Shown here: piece after piece, positions 1 to 11,782 of the stretch
How the letters are laid out: every line of letters begins with the position of its first letter
Numbering within the stretch: the first letter of the stretch is position 1
NCBI GenBank assembly: GCA_002245135.1
Contig: NGBS01001169.1
Location: 1 to 64,000 of the forward strand
Direction of reading: 5' to 3'
Length of the DNA: 64,000 nt
Source: Proteromonas lacertae
Lineage: Eukaryota
The notes under the pieces: model-generated
What the model was told of the DNA's origin: nothing
Seen by the model: the letters and a program-made list of their open reading frames with translations, nothing else
Databases searched by the model: none
Translations under genes and position numbers: made by a program

Positions 1-1540
1 GGTTTTAATATGATAAACATAATTGATGGAAATTTACCAAATACAATTCATTTAGATATTAAAACAGGAATATTTTCAGGAAGTTTATCATCTGATTTTG
101 TTGAAATGAATTTGAGACTAGAAATAAGAAATACCTTTAATATAGAAAGTAATGAGATTGATATAATTTTAAGATATGAAAAATGTGAATGGAAGTAAAT
201 ATGACACTCTATATTTATGAATATGAAATATTAATAATATATTTTATGTGAGTTTTATAAAGATCATTATAAATATGAATTATTTCCATCAATAAAGAAT
301 GGAATTCAATCTAAATCAATGTGTTTAGAAGGAAACTATATAGTAAAATTGGGAAGAACGGTTATTATAACACAGAAATGTATGGCAATTTAGTGAATTT
401 GTAATAAATATAATTGATGGTGGTGATATATTTCGAGATTATTATCGAGGAGGAAATTTAATATAGTGAATATTTGAAGAATTATTTTAAGAATAATGAT
501 GAATTTTAAATACAGTGATGAATCCTTTGAATTGTGATTGGTTAAAAGGCAAATCATTAGAAAACTGGAAAGATGTAGATGATTCAATAAAATCCTTATC
601 TGGAATAACCAAAAGATATTATTTAAAGAAATTCGAATTTAGAGAATCAACATTAGATTTAACCTCATTTTATATAAGAATGAAATATTTTGGAAAAGTA
701 GTGATGTATATGAATGGAATAGAATTCTATGAAACAAATGAAAATTATGCAAGTCCATTATCAATAGAAGAAGTAGAATACTATAAGATAAGTGGTTCAA
801 TCAGTTTATTAGAAAGAAACAGTCCAAACTATTTAGGAATAATATTAGAAATGTTAAAAATTACAATGGTAATGACATAATGGAATTAAAAGATATGATA
901 TTAATATCTGGAATAAATTCTTGTAGTTATTCGATATATGAAGATTATAAAGATGACTATGTTTATGAAAATATTCCCAGTGTTGATGATGGGTAGTGTA
1001 TGAAAGAGTATATAATGTTTTTAACATTTACGAGATGGATCAAAATCTACATGGCACTATAATGAAAATCAATTAATTGAATTTGGAATGAAATTTTCAA
1101 ATTTGAATCAAAATGGTTTAATGGAGTATTAATTAAAACAGGTACACAATATGGCCGTTATGCAATAGATTGAAATTAAATGGAAGAATAAATTCAACCA
1201 ATTTAAAACATTAATTGATAGAAATGGAGATAATCAAGATACATTTCCTTATCAATATAACTCATTATTATTTTCATCTGAGAATGATAATGATGAATAT
1301 ATGAGTTATAATGGAATAGAATTAAGTATAAGTAAACATGGAAATTTTGGTTTTGAAACAACACAAATATCTCCATTGATTTGTCAAAATTCTTGTTTCA
1401 AAGATGGGGAATGGAATTCAGCTCCAAAAGGAGAGATTAGTTATTTTTATGTGAAAGAAACCAAGCTGGTTTAAGAACAAGAAGAATGTGGTTATAATTT
1501 AGAGTGGGAAAATGAAGTTAATGAATGTAAAGATGCTTTA
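1..1540 (+). pseudogene. Heavily disrupted 5' part of the large surface-protein gene (He_PIG-like Ig repeat plus jelly-roll modules); runs off the window start
   Basis: ORF 10..198 has a He_PIG-like LPNTIHLDIKTGIFSG. ORF 515..880 has RYYLKKF..GKVVMYMNGIEFY, the same module seen downstream. Frames break repeatedly, with an in-frame TAG at 994-996 and no GT-AG introns to explain the breaks. Confidence 0.55.
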
Positions 1541-4500
1541 TTGAATTTAGAGTCTGAATGGGATTATTCCAATAATATTCTTTCTTCCATTTGGACTGAT
1601 TTAAATTACTATGATGATGATATGAAATGGTATAAATATAAAGTAAATGAATTTCCAATAAAAACATCAATAACAACATATTACAAAAATAATTTTATAA
1701 TTGATAATGATTTAAATAAAGTTGGTAATCCTGAAATATATACAATATATAAAAACGGAATAATAATCTATATAAATGATAAAGAAATTTATCGAAATAA
1801 TATGCCTAATGGTACTGTAAATGGAGAGACATATGGATTAGATTCATTTGATAAGATAATATATGAAAGAATGTTAATACCATTAAAAGTAATTCAAAGT
1901 GGTTTAAATACAATCGAAATTCACAAATCGAAGAATAGTACCAAAAATCAAATAGATTCTTTTATATTAACAATATCAAAAACTAAGCCAAGTATGTCGA
2001 TAACAATTTGTCCAAGTAAATTATCATTTCGATCAATGTTTGAAGGAGGTGAATATTATGAAAATTGTGAAGGAAATAGAATTGGTAGAAAAGTCTCAAT
2101 CTGTCAAAGTAATGGTGAATGGAGTGAGTTTAATACTGACAATTGTAAAGAATCGTTGATAAATATGAATAGTTTATGGGAATATTCGAATAACAATGAA
2201 GAAGAAAATAATTGGAATAATGAATTTAAGAATAAATGGTTAGAATATAAATTCAAAGAATTTCCAATAAAAACAAGTATAACAACATATTACCGAAAGA
2301 TATTTACAAATATCCGAATCAATGAGTGATATTGGTGATGTTGAATTAAGAATCAGATACAAAGATGGAATAATAATATATATAAATGGAAAAGAAATAT
2401 TCAAACGAAATATGAGAGATGGTAATATTTTATATAATACAAAAGCAATAAAATCCTTTGAAGTGTTAATTGAAGAAAGAATCTCAATTTCTATGAAATT
2501 AATAATGAAAGGAATGAATTATATAGGAATAGAAATTCATAAATCTGAGAATAGTTTATCATCTCAAAAAGATACATTTTATGTATCGTTAATCAAAACA
2601 GAAAAATTATCATCAAGTGTATTAATAACTGCCAAAGATGATTTTGATTATATATTACAACCAAATGATCCAAAAATTGTAGTTATAGAAGAAGAAGGAA
2701 TAAAAGACTTCGATAATATTGATAGTATAGTAAAATATAGATATTATGGTTATAATTTAAACATATTTCCATTCTCTATAATATTTACATTTAAGAATCA
2801 TGAAGCAAGGTATTTTAATGAATTTAGTATTAGTGGATGTACAAATGATGATTATTCTCACCCCAAACACATTCGAATCTATGGATCAACAGATAGTGAT
2901 AATCCAAATTGGGAATTATTATATGAAAATTTCGATTTAGGATTAACAGAGTATGATATTGATTTAAATAGTTGTAGAACAATCTTTTCATATCCATTAC
3001 AAGTTATAAAATCATATGAATCAATAAAATTTGAAATAGTCGAAACTAATTATGTTGGAGGTTGGATTCAATTTAGATTATTAACGTTTAATTATAATCC
3101 TGATTATAGTATTTTAATATATAATGAATTGAACTATACTGATTATAAAAGAATTACTGATTGGTATTTGAATTTCGAAGATAAAGAAAATTGGATAGAA
3201 AGTAATACATTTCCATCAAAATCAGTAATAACAAGATATTATCGAAATATTTTCGAAATATTAAAACTAGAAGATAATGGTCCTCCATTAATTTCGATTG
3301 GTTTTGGTGGTGGAATAATAATATATATAAATGGCAAAGAAATATTTAGAAGAAATCTTGCTCATGATGAAATATCATCAAGTACAACAGCTATAAAGAA
3401 TGAAATAAGAAATGAAGAAATATCAATTCCTTTAACAGTAATTCAAGAAGGAATAAATTATTTAGGAATAGAAATTCATTCTTATTCATCAAATCCATCC
3501 AATGAAATAGATTTATTTTCATTTTTCTTATATTCAACTACTGCAATTACCAATTCTACTCAAATCTCATTTAATAATACTGTTGTTTGCGATTATTCAA
3601 CTCCCTCTGGTAGAAGAGTAAAAAGTATAAGCGGTATAGAAAATACATTTTCAATTGATAATGGTTATGTTCAGTATTATTTAGCTGAAATAGTTAATAA
3701 CATATCTGAATGGTTTCCATTTAATATAACATATAAATTTAAAGACAATAAAGCCAAATACTATAATCAATTTAGTATTAGTGGATGTTCAAATGACTAT
3801 TATTCTCACCCCAAACACATTCGAATCTATGGATCAACAGATAGTGATAATCCAAACTGGGAATTATTATATGAAAATGAAGATTTAAGATTAATTGAAT
3901 ATGGTTGTAATATAAAATCTTCTTATCCATTACCAGTTGAAAAATCATATGAAATATATAAACTAGAAATAGTAACAATGAATAATTTCAATGATAGATT
4001 GAGTGTTTTTATTCAATTCAAATTATTTGTTGTAAATGTAAAACCATTACCAATATGTAAGAAAGATAATAATGAATATCCATCTGTATATGCTGGAGGT
4101 ACATCTATATTAAAATGTGGTTCAGGAATAACATCTCGAAGATGTAATGAAAATGGAGAATGGGAAGAAAGTGAAGAGTGTTCAACAGTAAAATCACTTG
4201 AATATTATCATAACTATTATAATCTAACAGTTGGAATAAAATATACAATAAAACCCAAAACGAAAGGATTTTGTTCATCAATTGAGAATTTAGAAATACC
4301 AAGTGATAATGGTTTTGAAATGAAAAATGGAGAATTGATAATCAAATTAAAAAAACCAATAGATGAATTTGTTGAAGTAAAATTTCAATGTGGAATTGAT
4401 GGATCTACTACAACATTGAGATTTTTGAGTAATGATGGTTATATGTTATATTCTAATTCAAAGATAAATGAAATTAGAAGTGTTTTGTATAATGATGAAG

Positions 4501-7500
4501 TGAAAAGTTGTGAAATATCTCCATCATTACCATTTGGAGTTTATTTTAACCCAAATTATTGTATAATCAATGGATATTTATCCAATGTTGTAAGTGAAAT
4601 GAAAGAATATAGAATAAGATATCTAGTGAAAGAAGGAGAAAGAGCTATAGAAGATGAAATACTGTTATTAGGAATTAGTTCGAATTTGATAGAATGTTCT
4701 TATGGAGTTGATGATATAATTGTTATTCCTTCATCACAACCATTTAAAATAAACAAAGCACATTGTAATGTTCCAATTCAAAGTTGTCGATTAAAGAATG
4801 GAATATTATTTGATAATTTGGTATTGAACGAAAAGAATGGTGAATTATCAACAACAGGAATAACAAAAATTGAAAGTGAGAGAGAATTAATAATCGAATT
4901 TAGTAATTTGAGACAAACAATAGAAACAAAAATAAAAATAAAAGTTGATATTGTATGGAATCCTTATTCTAATCCAATCCAATTCTTCCACTATCCATCA
5001 AATGAGATAATGATAATAAGTGGAGTATATATTGATGATATAAAACCCTCATTTGAAGGTAGATTAGATAGTTGTGAAATAAGTAATGGTTATGTTTTAC
5101 CAAGTGGAATTGTATTAAATCCATATAGATGTATAATTAATGGAATATTAAATAATAAACCAGAATTTGACTATCAAACATTAATAATTAGTGGAAAAGA
5201 TAGTCATAGTAAATCCTCATTTACACTAACAATAAGATATTATGAATCTGATGCAAGTAAAGCAAATGAAGGGTTTAGAGGATATTATTATAAAGATTAT
5301 TTTGATGATACAAGATGTTGTCAGCATCATGAAATAACCAATAAAGCCATATTGAAATATGTGATGATAAAAGATCAAATCGATTATGAAGATAATTCTT
5401 ATTTATGGCCTGATTTGAGTTACAATTTCGAACAACAACATTCTTTGAATTTTTCATATATATCAAATGGTTTTGATAAAAGATTACAATGGAATGTCAG
5501 TGGAAGTTCTTGGATGAAATACACCATACCACAGTACAAAATCTTCTCCTTCTCTGTACTGTAATACAGATTGTTCTAATAAAGTTGGATTGAAAGGAAA
5601 TTTTTTGATGGTTTTGGATATGGATTTATGTATTTTGGAAGACCAAAAACATCTTCAATATTTCGAGCTGTGTTTAGACATGAAGATAATAGTTATTTTA
5701 ATAATACAATATATCATATTCCAATTGGATTGTTAGAATATAATTTTACATATGCGATTTATCCATTAAATGCTCCAATTCCAATAAATATTCCAATATT
5801 CCATAAATCAACAGAATCAAGTAAATATATATCATTTTCAATATATCCAACATTACCAGAAGGTATATTATTTAATGATTTGAATGGTGAAATAAGTGGA
5901 AATCCATTAGTTGAATCACCTTTAACATCCTATTACATAACAGCAAATTCAAAATCAGTTGATAAACTCACAACCAAAATCGAGATAGGAGTAGAAAGAT
6001 ATGATGATGATAAATCCTCTTTTACTTGTTTAAGTAAATCTGAATATACAGTTGGTGAAGAAATAATGATATATTGTGAAAGAATAAGTCAATCTAAATT
6101 TACATCAAATTCATTACCAAATAGTTTATTATTAAACAAAGATGATGGAATAATTTCAGGCAAATCATTCGAACTATTAGCAAATTACAAAATAAAAATA
6201 TATAGATATGGCTTAAATGGAATATGTTCAACCTGAAATTACATTAAATATAAAATGTTCAAATTACTATTTTAGATTAGAATATAACTATATGGGTGAT
6301 AAAGAAGTGACAATAAAACGTAATGAAGATAATCATGAAATAATAGCGATGGTGTATGATAATCCAAATTTACATGTTGTAGAATATGTTGTTAATGAGA
6401 ATAAAGGAAATGGAAATTATAAAATGAGTTTTAAACATTCTGGAAAATATATAATCTACAATTCAAAGCATGATATATTATTTGCGAAAGAAATAGATTT
6501 AGAATTTACTGAAATATCATTTTCTGTTGTTGGTGAAGGAAATCCAATTCTAGAATATAAGAATAATGAAATTTCATTGATTTTGGTATAGATTTTTATA
6601 TAGGTCCAAAAATAGTGAATGGATGTAACTACTTCGAAATCGATAAAATACCGAATGGAATATCATTCAATTCATATACAGGAGTAATATATGGTTCAAT
6701 TATGAATGATTTTAAAGAAGGTAATGTGAATATAAGATGTAGAAATGAAAATGGTTATTCTGAAATAGTTACATTGACTATTAGTGTGAAACCCAATCCT
6801 AATTATCCTATTACAAGTGCAACTGAATGGGAATATACAGATTATAGTCAAACAGATTCTTCTTGGTCATTGTTTTATAATCCAAATGATGAGTATTGGA
6901 AATCTGGAATAGCAAATGAATTTAACAAAAAGTCATCAATTACTAGGTATTATCGAACTTCATTTGTAATAGAGAATATAGCAAATACTGGTGCTCTTTC
7001 AGTTATAATTACTTATAATGATGGTATAATTATATATGTAAATGGATATGAAATATTCCGAAGAAATCTTAAAGCAGGTGAAATATTTTCTTCAACATTA
7101 TCATTGAAAAATGAAATAAATAATAGAAAATTATCAATTCCTTTAGAAGTAATTCAAAATGGAATAAATTATATAGGAGTTGAGACGCATGATTATTCCA
7201 TACCAAAAGATAAAAGTGATTCATTTGTATTAGTATTATCAAAAACAAATACAATTACATCATCTACTCAAATATCAAAAGCTGATAATGTTGATTATGT
7301 TTTAACACCAGCAACAAATAATGAATTAGATAAAGGTTATAATGTAGAAGGAATGGAAAAGACATTTGAAATAAAAGAAGAAATTGCTAGAGATTTTAGT
7401 TCAATTAGCATTCTATGATAGTAATAGTTATGTAATACATCCTGATTATTTTTTCCCTTATAATATTACATATACATTCAAAAATAATGAAGCGAATTAT

Positions 7501-9300
7501 ATAAATGAATTTTCAATATCTGGTTGTACAAATAATCAAAATACTCATCCTAGATCAATAAAAATCTTTGGAAGTAGTGATAGTGAAAATCCAATCTGGA
7601 ATGAATTATATTCCAATGAAAATATGGGATTAAGAGATTCTGGATTAAATTGTTATACCAAATGTTCATATGATTTATTTAATAATAAAAAGTCCTATGA
7701 AAGTTATAGATTAGAAGTGATAAGTACAAATGGCTTTATGACTCAATGGGGACAATATCTTCAATTCAAATTATTTGTAGTAAATCAAAAGCCATTATCT
7801 ATATGCGAAAGTAATTCAGAATATCCTTCTGTGTATGTTGGTGGAAGTTCAATGGTAAAATGTGATATAGGTTATAAAAGTAAAAAATGTTTAGAAAATG
7901 GAGTATGGGATAGTGTAGTTGATGATAGTAAATGTTTTGTAAATCCACCAACTACAGTACCACCAACCACACCAAAACCAACAACAGTTAAACCAACAAC
8001 AGTAAAACCTACAACAATTAATCCAACAACACCAAAACCAACAACAGTTAAACCAACAACAGTAAAACCTACAACAATTAATCCAACAACACCAAAACCA
8101 ACAACTGTAAAACCTACTACAATTAAACCTACTACAATTAAACCTACTGCAATTAAACCTACAACAATTAATCCAACGACAGTAAAACCAACAACACCAA
8201 AACCAACTAACAATCCAACAACAGAATCACCTCAACCAACTAACAATCCAACAAATGATGAATATACTTCTGATAATACACAAACTGATATAGCTGATCA
8301 AACATCATCTAATATTGATATATCAACAATAAATCCAACTATCAAAATGATTGATTCTTCATTCTTAATAATTATTAGAAATGTAGATGTTTTATCAAAT
8401 GATGATATTTTAGTTATTAAAGAATCAGTGAAAGAAATGTTGAATATTCAAGGATTGATAATTCCATTAGACCAAATAATGATAGAAAAAGTGAAGAATA
8501 ATCGAATGAGAATTTTATCAGAATCTCATTTGAAAGTGATAATAACAACAACAGAAACACAATACTATGTTGTAACATCAGCAATTAAATATATAACTCA
8601 TAATCCTGATAAACTAGAAAAAGAAATAAAAAATAGAGTAGATGAAAATTCAAATCTATATAATATAAAAATAGAAGTAAATTCAGATATAGATAATTCA
8701 CAAACAGAAAGTAATAATAATGTTGTGTTATTCATAATAATTATATCAGTTGTAGTTGTTATAATAATAATAATTGTTATTATTGTGTGTGTAATGAAGA
8801 ATCGAAGAAAAGTAGAACATAGAGCAGTAAATAAACCAAAAGCAAAAGCAAAAGCAAAAGCAGTAAAAAGAGAAAGAGAAATAGAAATGTCTAATGTGAA
8901 TAATAATAATAATGGAATAAGAATCACAATTGAAACAAATAATAATATAATTGATCCAAATATATCCTTACCTCCTGTTAAGAAAGATAATGTTGAGCCA
9001 AAGATAATATTACCTTCTTCTAAAAACAAAGATAATTCCGAAGCAAAGATAATACTTCCTCCAGTTAAGAATGATAATAATAAAGAACCAAAGATAATTC
9101 TACCTTCTTCTAATAATAATAGAGAACCAAAGATTCTATTACCATCATCAACCAATAACAACAATAATAATGATGATAATAAAGATGATGAAGAAGAAGA
9201 AATAGTAATATTACTTTCAACAAAAGAAAATGAAACATTCTCTCTTCCATCAAGTCCACAAACAACAACTAATCAGAGTGGAACAAAAGTTAGATTATAA
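1541..9300 (+). CDS. Giant type I membrane surface protein: repeated galactose-binding-like jelly-roll and discoidin (F5/8C)-like domains, Cys motifs, putative Ig (He_PIG) repeats, PA14-like segment, Thr/Pro mucin stalk, TM helix and cytoplasmic tail; frameshifted in this assembly
   Basis: Abutting ORFs 1541-2329, 2322-5564, 5628-6236, 6217-6591, 6615-7418 and 7384-9300 join by small frame changes. Recurring motifs: ITxYYR..GIIIYINGKEIFRRN..GxNYIGIEIH (x4), FSISGC..HP..IYGS.DS.NP.W (x3), LPxGIxFN...G.I.G. Followed by KPTT repeats and TM VVLFIIIISVVVVIIIIIVIIVCVM with a basic stop-transfer KNRRK. Confidence 0.75.
2821..2930 (+). repeat. 110-nt internal direct repeat, copy 1 (copy 2 at 3769..3878)
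   Basis: The two segments align without gaps with 4 mismatches counted by eye; they encode FSISGC..HPKHIRIYGSTDSDNPNWELLYEN. Confidence 0.9.
7945..8253 (+). repeat. Coding minisatellite: 15-nt (K/N)PTT(V/I/P) units with a 60-nt higher-order repeat (mucin-like stalk)
   Basis: 7981-8040 is identical to 8041-8100; the translation is PKPTTVKPTTVKPTTINPTT repeated. Confidence 0.95.
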
Positions 9301-9398
9301 ACAATATTATTATTATAAATATTATTATTACTATATTATTATTTCTTTCACAAAATTACTTAACAAAAATAGAATATACAAAAGAATTAATATACATT

Positions 9399-11447
9399 CT
9401 AATTAGATTTCTTTATTATTGGAATATCAAACAAAGCTTGTTTTCTTTGTTCTTGACAAGTTAAGAATCTGGGTTGTTGATTTCCTAAAGCATCTAATAC
9501 ACATTTATCATATTTTGACACTACTTTGATTGTTGGAATATTATTATTATTATTATTATTATTATATAAAACTGGTTTAGATTGAGATTTAGATATAAAT
9601 TCTGACGGTTTACTTATTTCAGGATTAATTATTTTTATAGGTAATTCATCTTTCTTTGGTTTATTATTTCCACTTGGCAGTATTTTTGATGATATTGATT
9701 CATCAATTATTACTTTGGAAATATATTTCTGTAATTTATTTATTTGTTCAGAAATGAATTTTATTTTTGCTGGTAAAATCATATCATTTTCATCATCTAC
9801 TTTTCCATCTGAATAAAAAGATTTATAAGTATTAGTCAAAGACTGATATAAAGCTTTATATCTTCTTAAATAGGATTCTAACATTATATAATCTTTATTA
9901 CTAACTTTTATTTCATTTGGAAAAGATAATAGAAACTGTTGCTTGAATTGTTTTAGTTGTTCTTTTTGCTTATCATTAAATTCATCATCAGATGATTCTG
10001 TATCACTTTCACTTTCTGATTTTGATGGTGGTTGTAATGGTGTAGATTCTACTTTTTTTTCTGGAATTATATCATTCTTTTTATTTTTCGATTTAATTAT
10101 TAGTGGTTTTAATACTATTGCTTCATTACTTTTATCATCAGCTTCTTCTTTAACATTCCAAGCACCTCGAATCACTTTTCTTTCATAATACTTATCTCTT
10201 CTTTCTTTCCATATTTCATCTCGATTTAATACTTTTGCTACTTTATTATTATCTTTATCTTCATGATAATGATGGTGATGGTGATGATGATGGTGGTGGT
10301 GATGATGTGAATCTGTTGATGGAAGTGATGATTCTCCTACATAAGAAGGTATTTTGTTATTATTATTATTATTATCTCTAGAAGAAGATGATGGTAATGG
10401 TGATGATAATGATGATGGAGTAATAGTAATATTTGATCTTACAGATAATGTGGTGGATGGTGTAAGTGAGATTGATTCAGTTGGATCTATTAAGTGTTGT
10501 AATTGTTTCGGTTTCCATCTTGATTCAGGAGTAACACACAACATGTGGGAAATTAATTCAGAGAATATTGGAGAATAATGACCGGGAATTGGATTATATT
10601 GACCACTCTAAAAAAAGATATAAATAATAATAGTTATTATTATACTTCTATTAATTTACTTAAATACATTATATTTGGAGCAATAAATGGACATTTAAAT
10701 GTTAATAGTTCATAAAATAATATTCCCATTGACCATATATCAGTGTTATAAGTATATGGAGTATTTCGACATAACTCTGGACTGGCATATAATGGAGTAC
10801 CATAATATGTATTTATTAAAACGTCATCATTTTCAGTCTATTTTGAATATTTTATAATATGATGATATACTAATCTACTTACACCAAAATCTCCAATTTT
10901 CAAAAAGTAGCCATCGGGGTCTTTAGAAGATATAAATACGTTTAATGACTTGATATCTCTATGAATAATACCTTTACTATGTATGTAATGTAAACCATCT
11001 AGTAATTGACTAAACATACATAATAATTCTTTTTCTGTGTAAAATTGATTGATTTGCTTTCTTCTTTTGATATCTTGATATAAATCACCATATTTCGCAT
11101 ATTCTAGAAGAACATACAAAGAATTCCACACATGACCATAAAAGTAACCAAAACATTTTATAATATGTGGTTATATTCATTAAAAAAAATTACTGTAATG
11201 TAGTATAAATAAAATGATATATGATCCAAACGAGATAATAATTTCACTTCATTTAACATATCCTTATTTCCTCCTAATTCTGGCCCTCTTCTTTCCTATC
11301 ATCAATAAAACTAGTAAAAAATACCTTCATAATCATAAGATTACCAGATCTCTTATGTCTCACCTGATACACTGCTCCTCCTGCAGATCTGTATACTTCA
11401 GATATAATAACAAAATCGCTATATTCATAGTCGCTTCTTGTACTCAT
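9399..11447 (-). CDS. NIMA-related (NEK) Ser/Thr kinase with a low-complexity His/Asn-rich C-terminal region
   Basis: Spliced model: MSTRSDYEY..LMIMK|ERRGPELGG..NEVKLLSRLDH|PHIIKCFG..LEYAKYGDL..HRDIKSLNVF..IGDFGVSR..GTPLYASPE..DIWSMG. Three GT-AG introns and one AT-type intron. Confidence 0.85.
11171..11220 (-). other. Putative U12-type (minor) intron, AT-AA as written, or AT-AC if one C is missing from the assembly
   Basis: 5' end ATATCATTTT; branch-like TTTTTTTAAT 8-9 nt from the end. Removing 50 nt restores the kinase motif LDH-PHII, and I found no GT-AG pair that does so. Confidence 0.7.
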
Positions 11448-11782
11448 TTACTCATTTATTGTTTGAAACTGAAAAATCAAACTAACTCAAACAATAATCA
11501 AGCTTACATCTATTTCTTTCTATTTTTATCTAATAGCATGCTTTCAATTATAGCATAATATTCTCTTAAACATAATTTATGCGCTATTTTCTTTACTGAC
11601 ATAAAATAAAATTTCAAATTAACATTAATTATATAGAATAATGCTTAATTTCTTAAAAATCTTCTATAATATTTTATATAATAATTAATATGATCATGCA
11701 GCATCATAATTTCCAAAAAATAACTTCAAAAAAACATTTAGAAGTTTAAAGTTGACTTTTTTATATCAAACATTCATTTAAT

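Noticed and set aside
7945..8253. Regular short repeats as a possible CRISPR array
   Set aside because: Tandem coding units without unique spacers, in a eukaryotic gene; no cas genes.
7872..9164. Antisense ORFs 7872..8213 and 8598..9164 with hydrophobic, repetitive translations
   Set aside because: They are shadows of the KPTT repeat and the Asn/Lys-rich tail on the plus strand.
11214..11558. 114-aa plus-strand ORF, and similar short ORFs at 15822, 17239 and 51549
   Set aside because: They overlap well-supported genes on the opposite strand and have no recognisable motifs.
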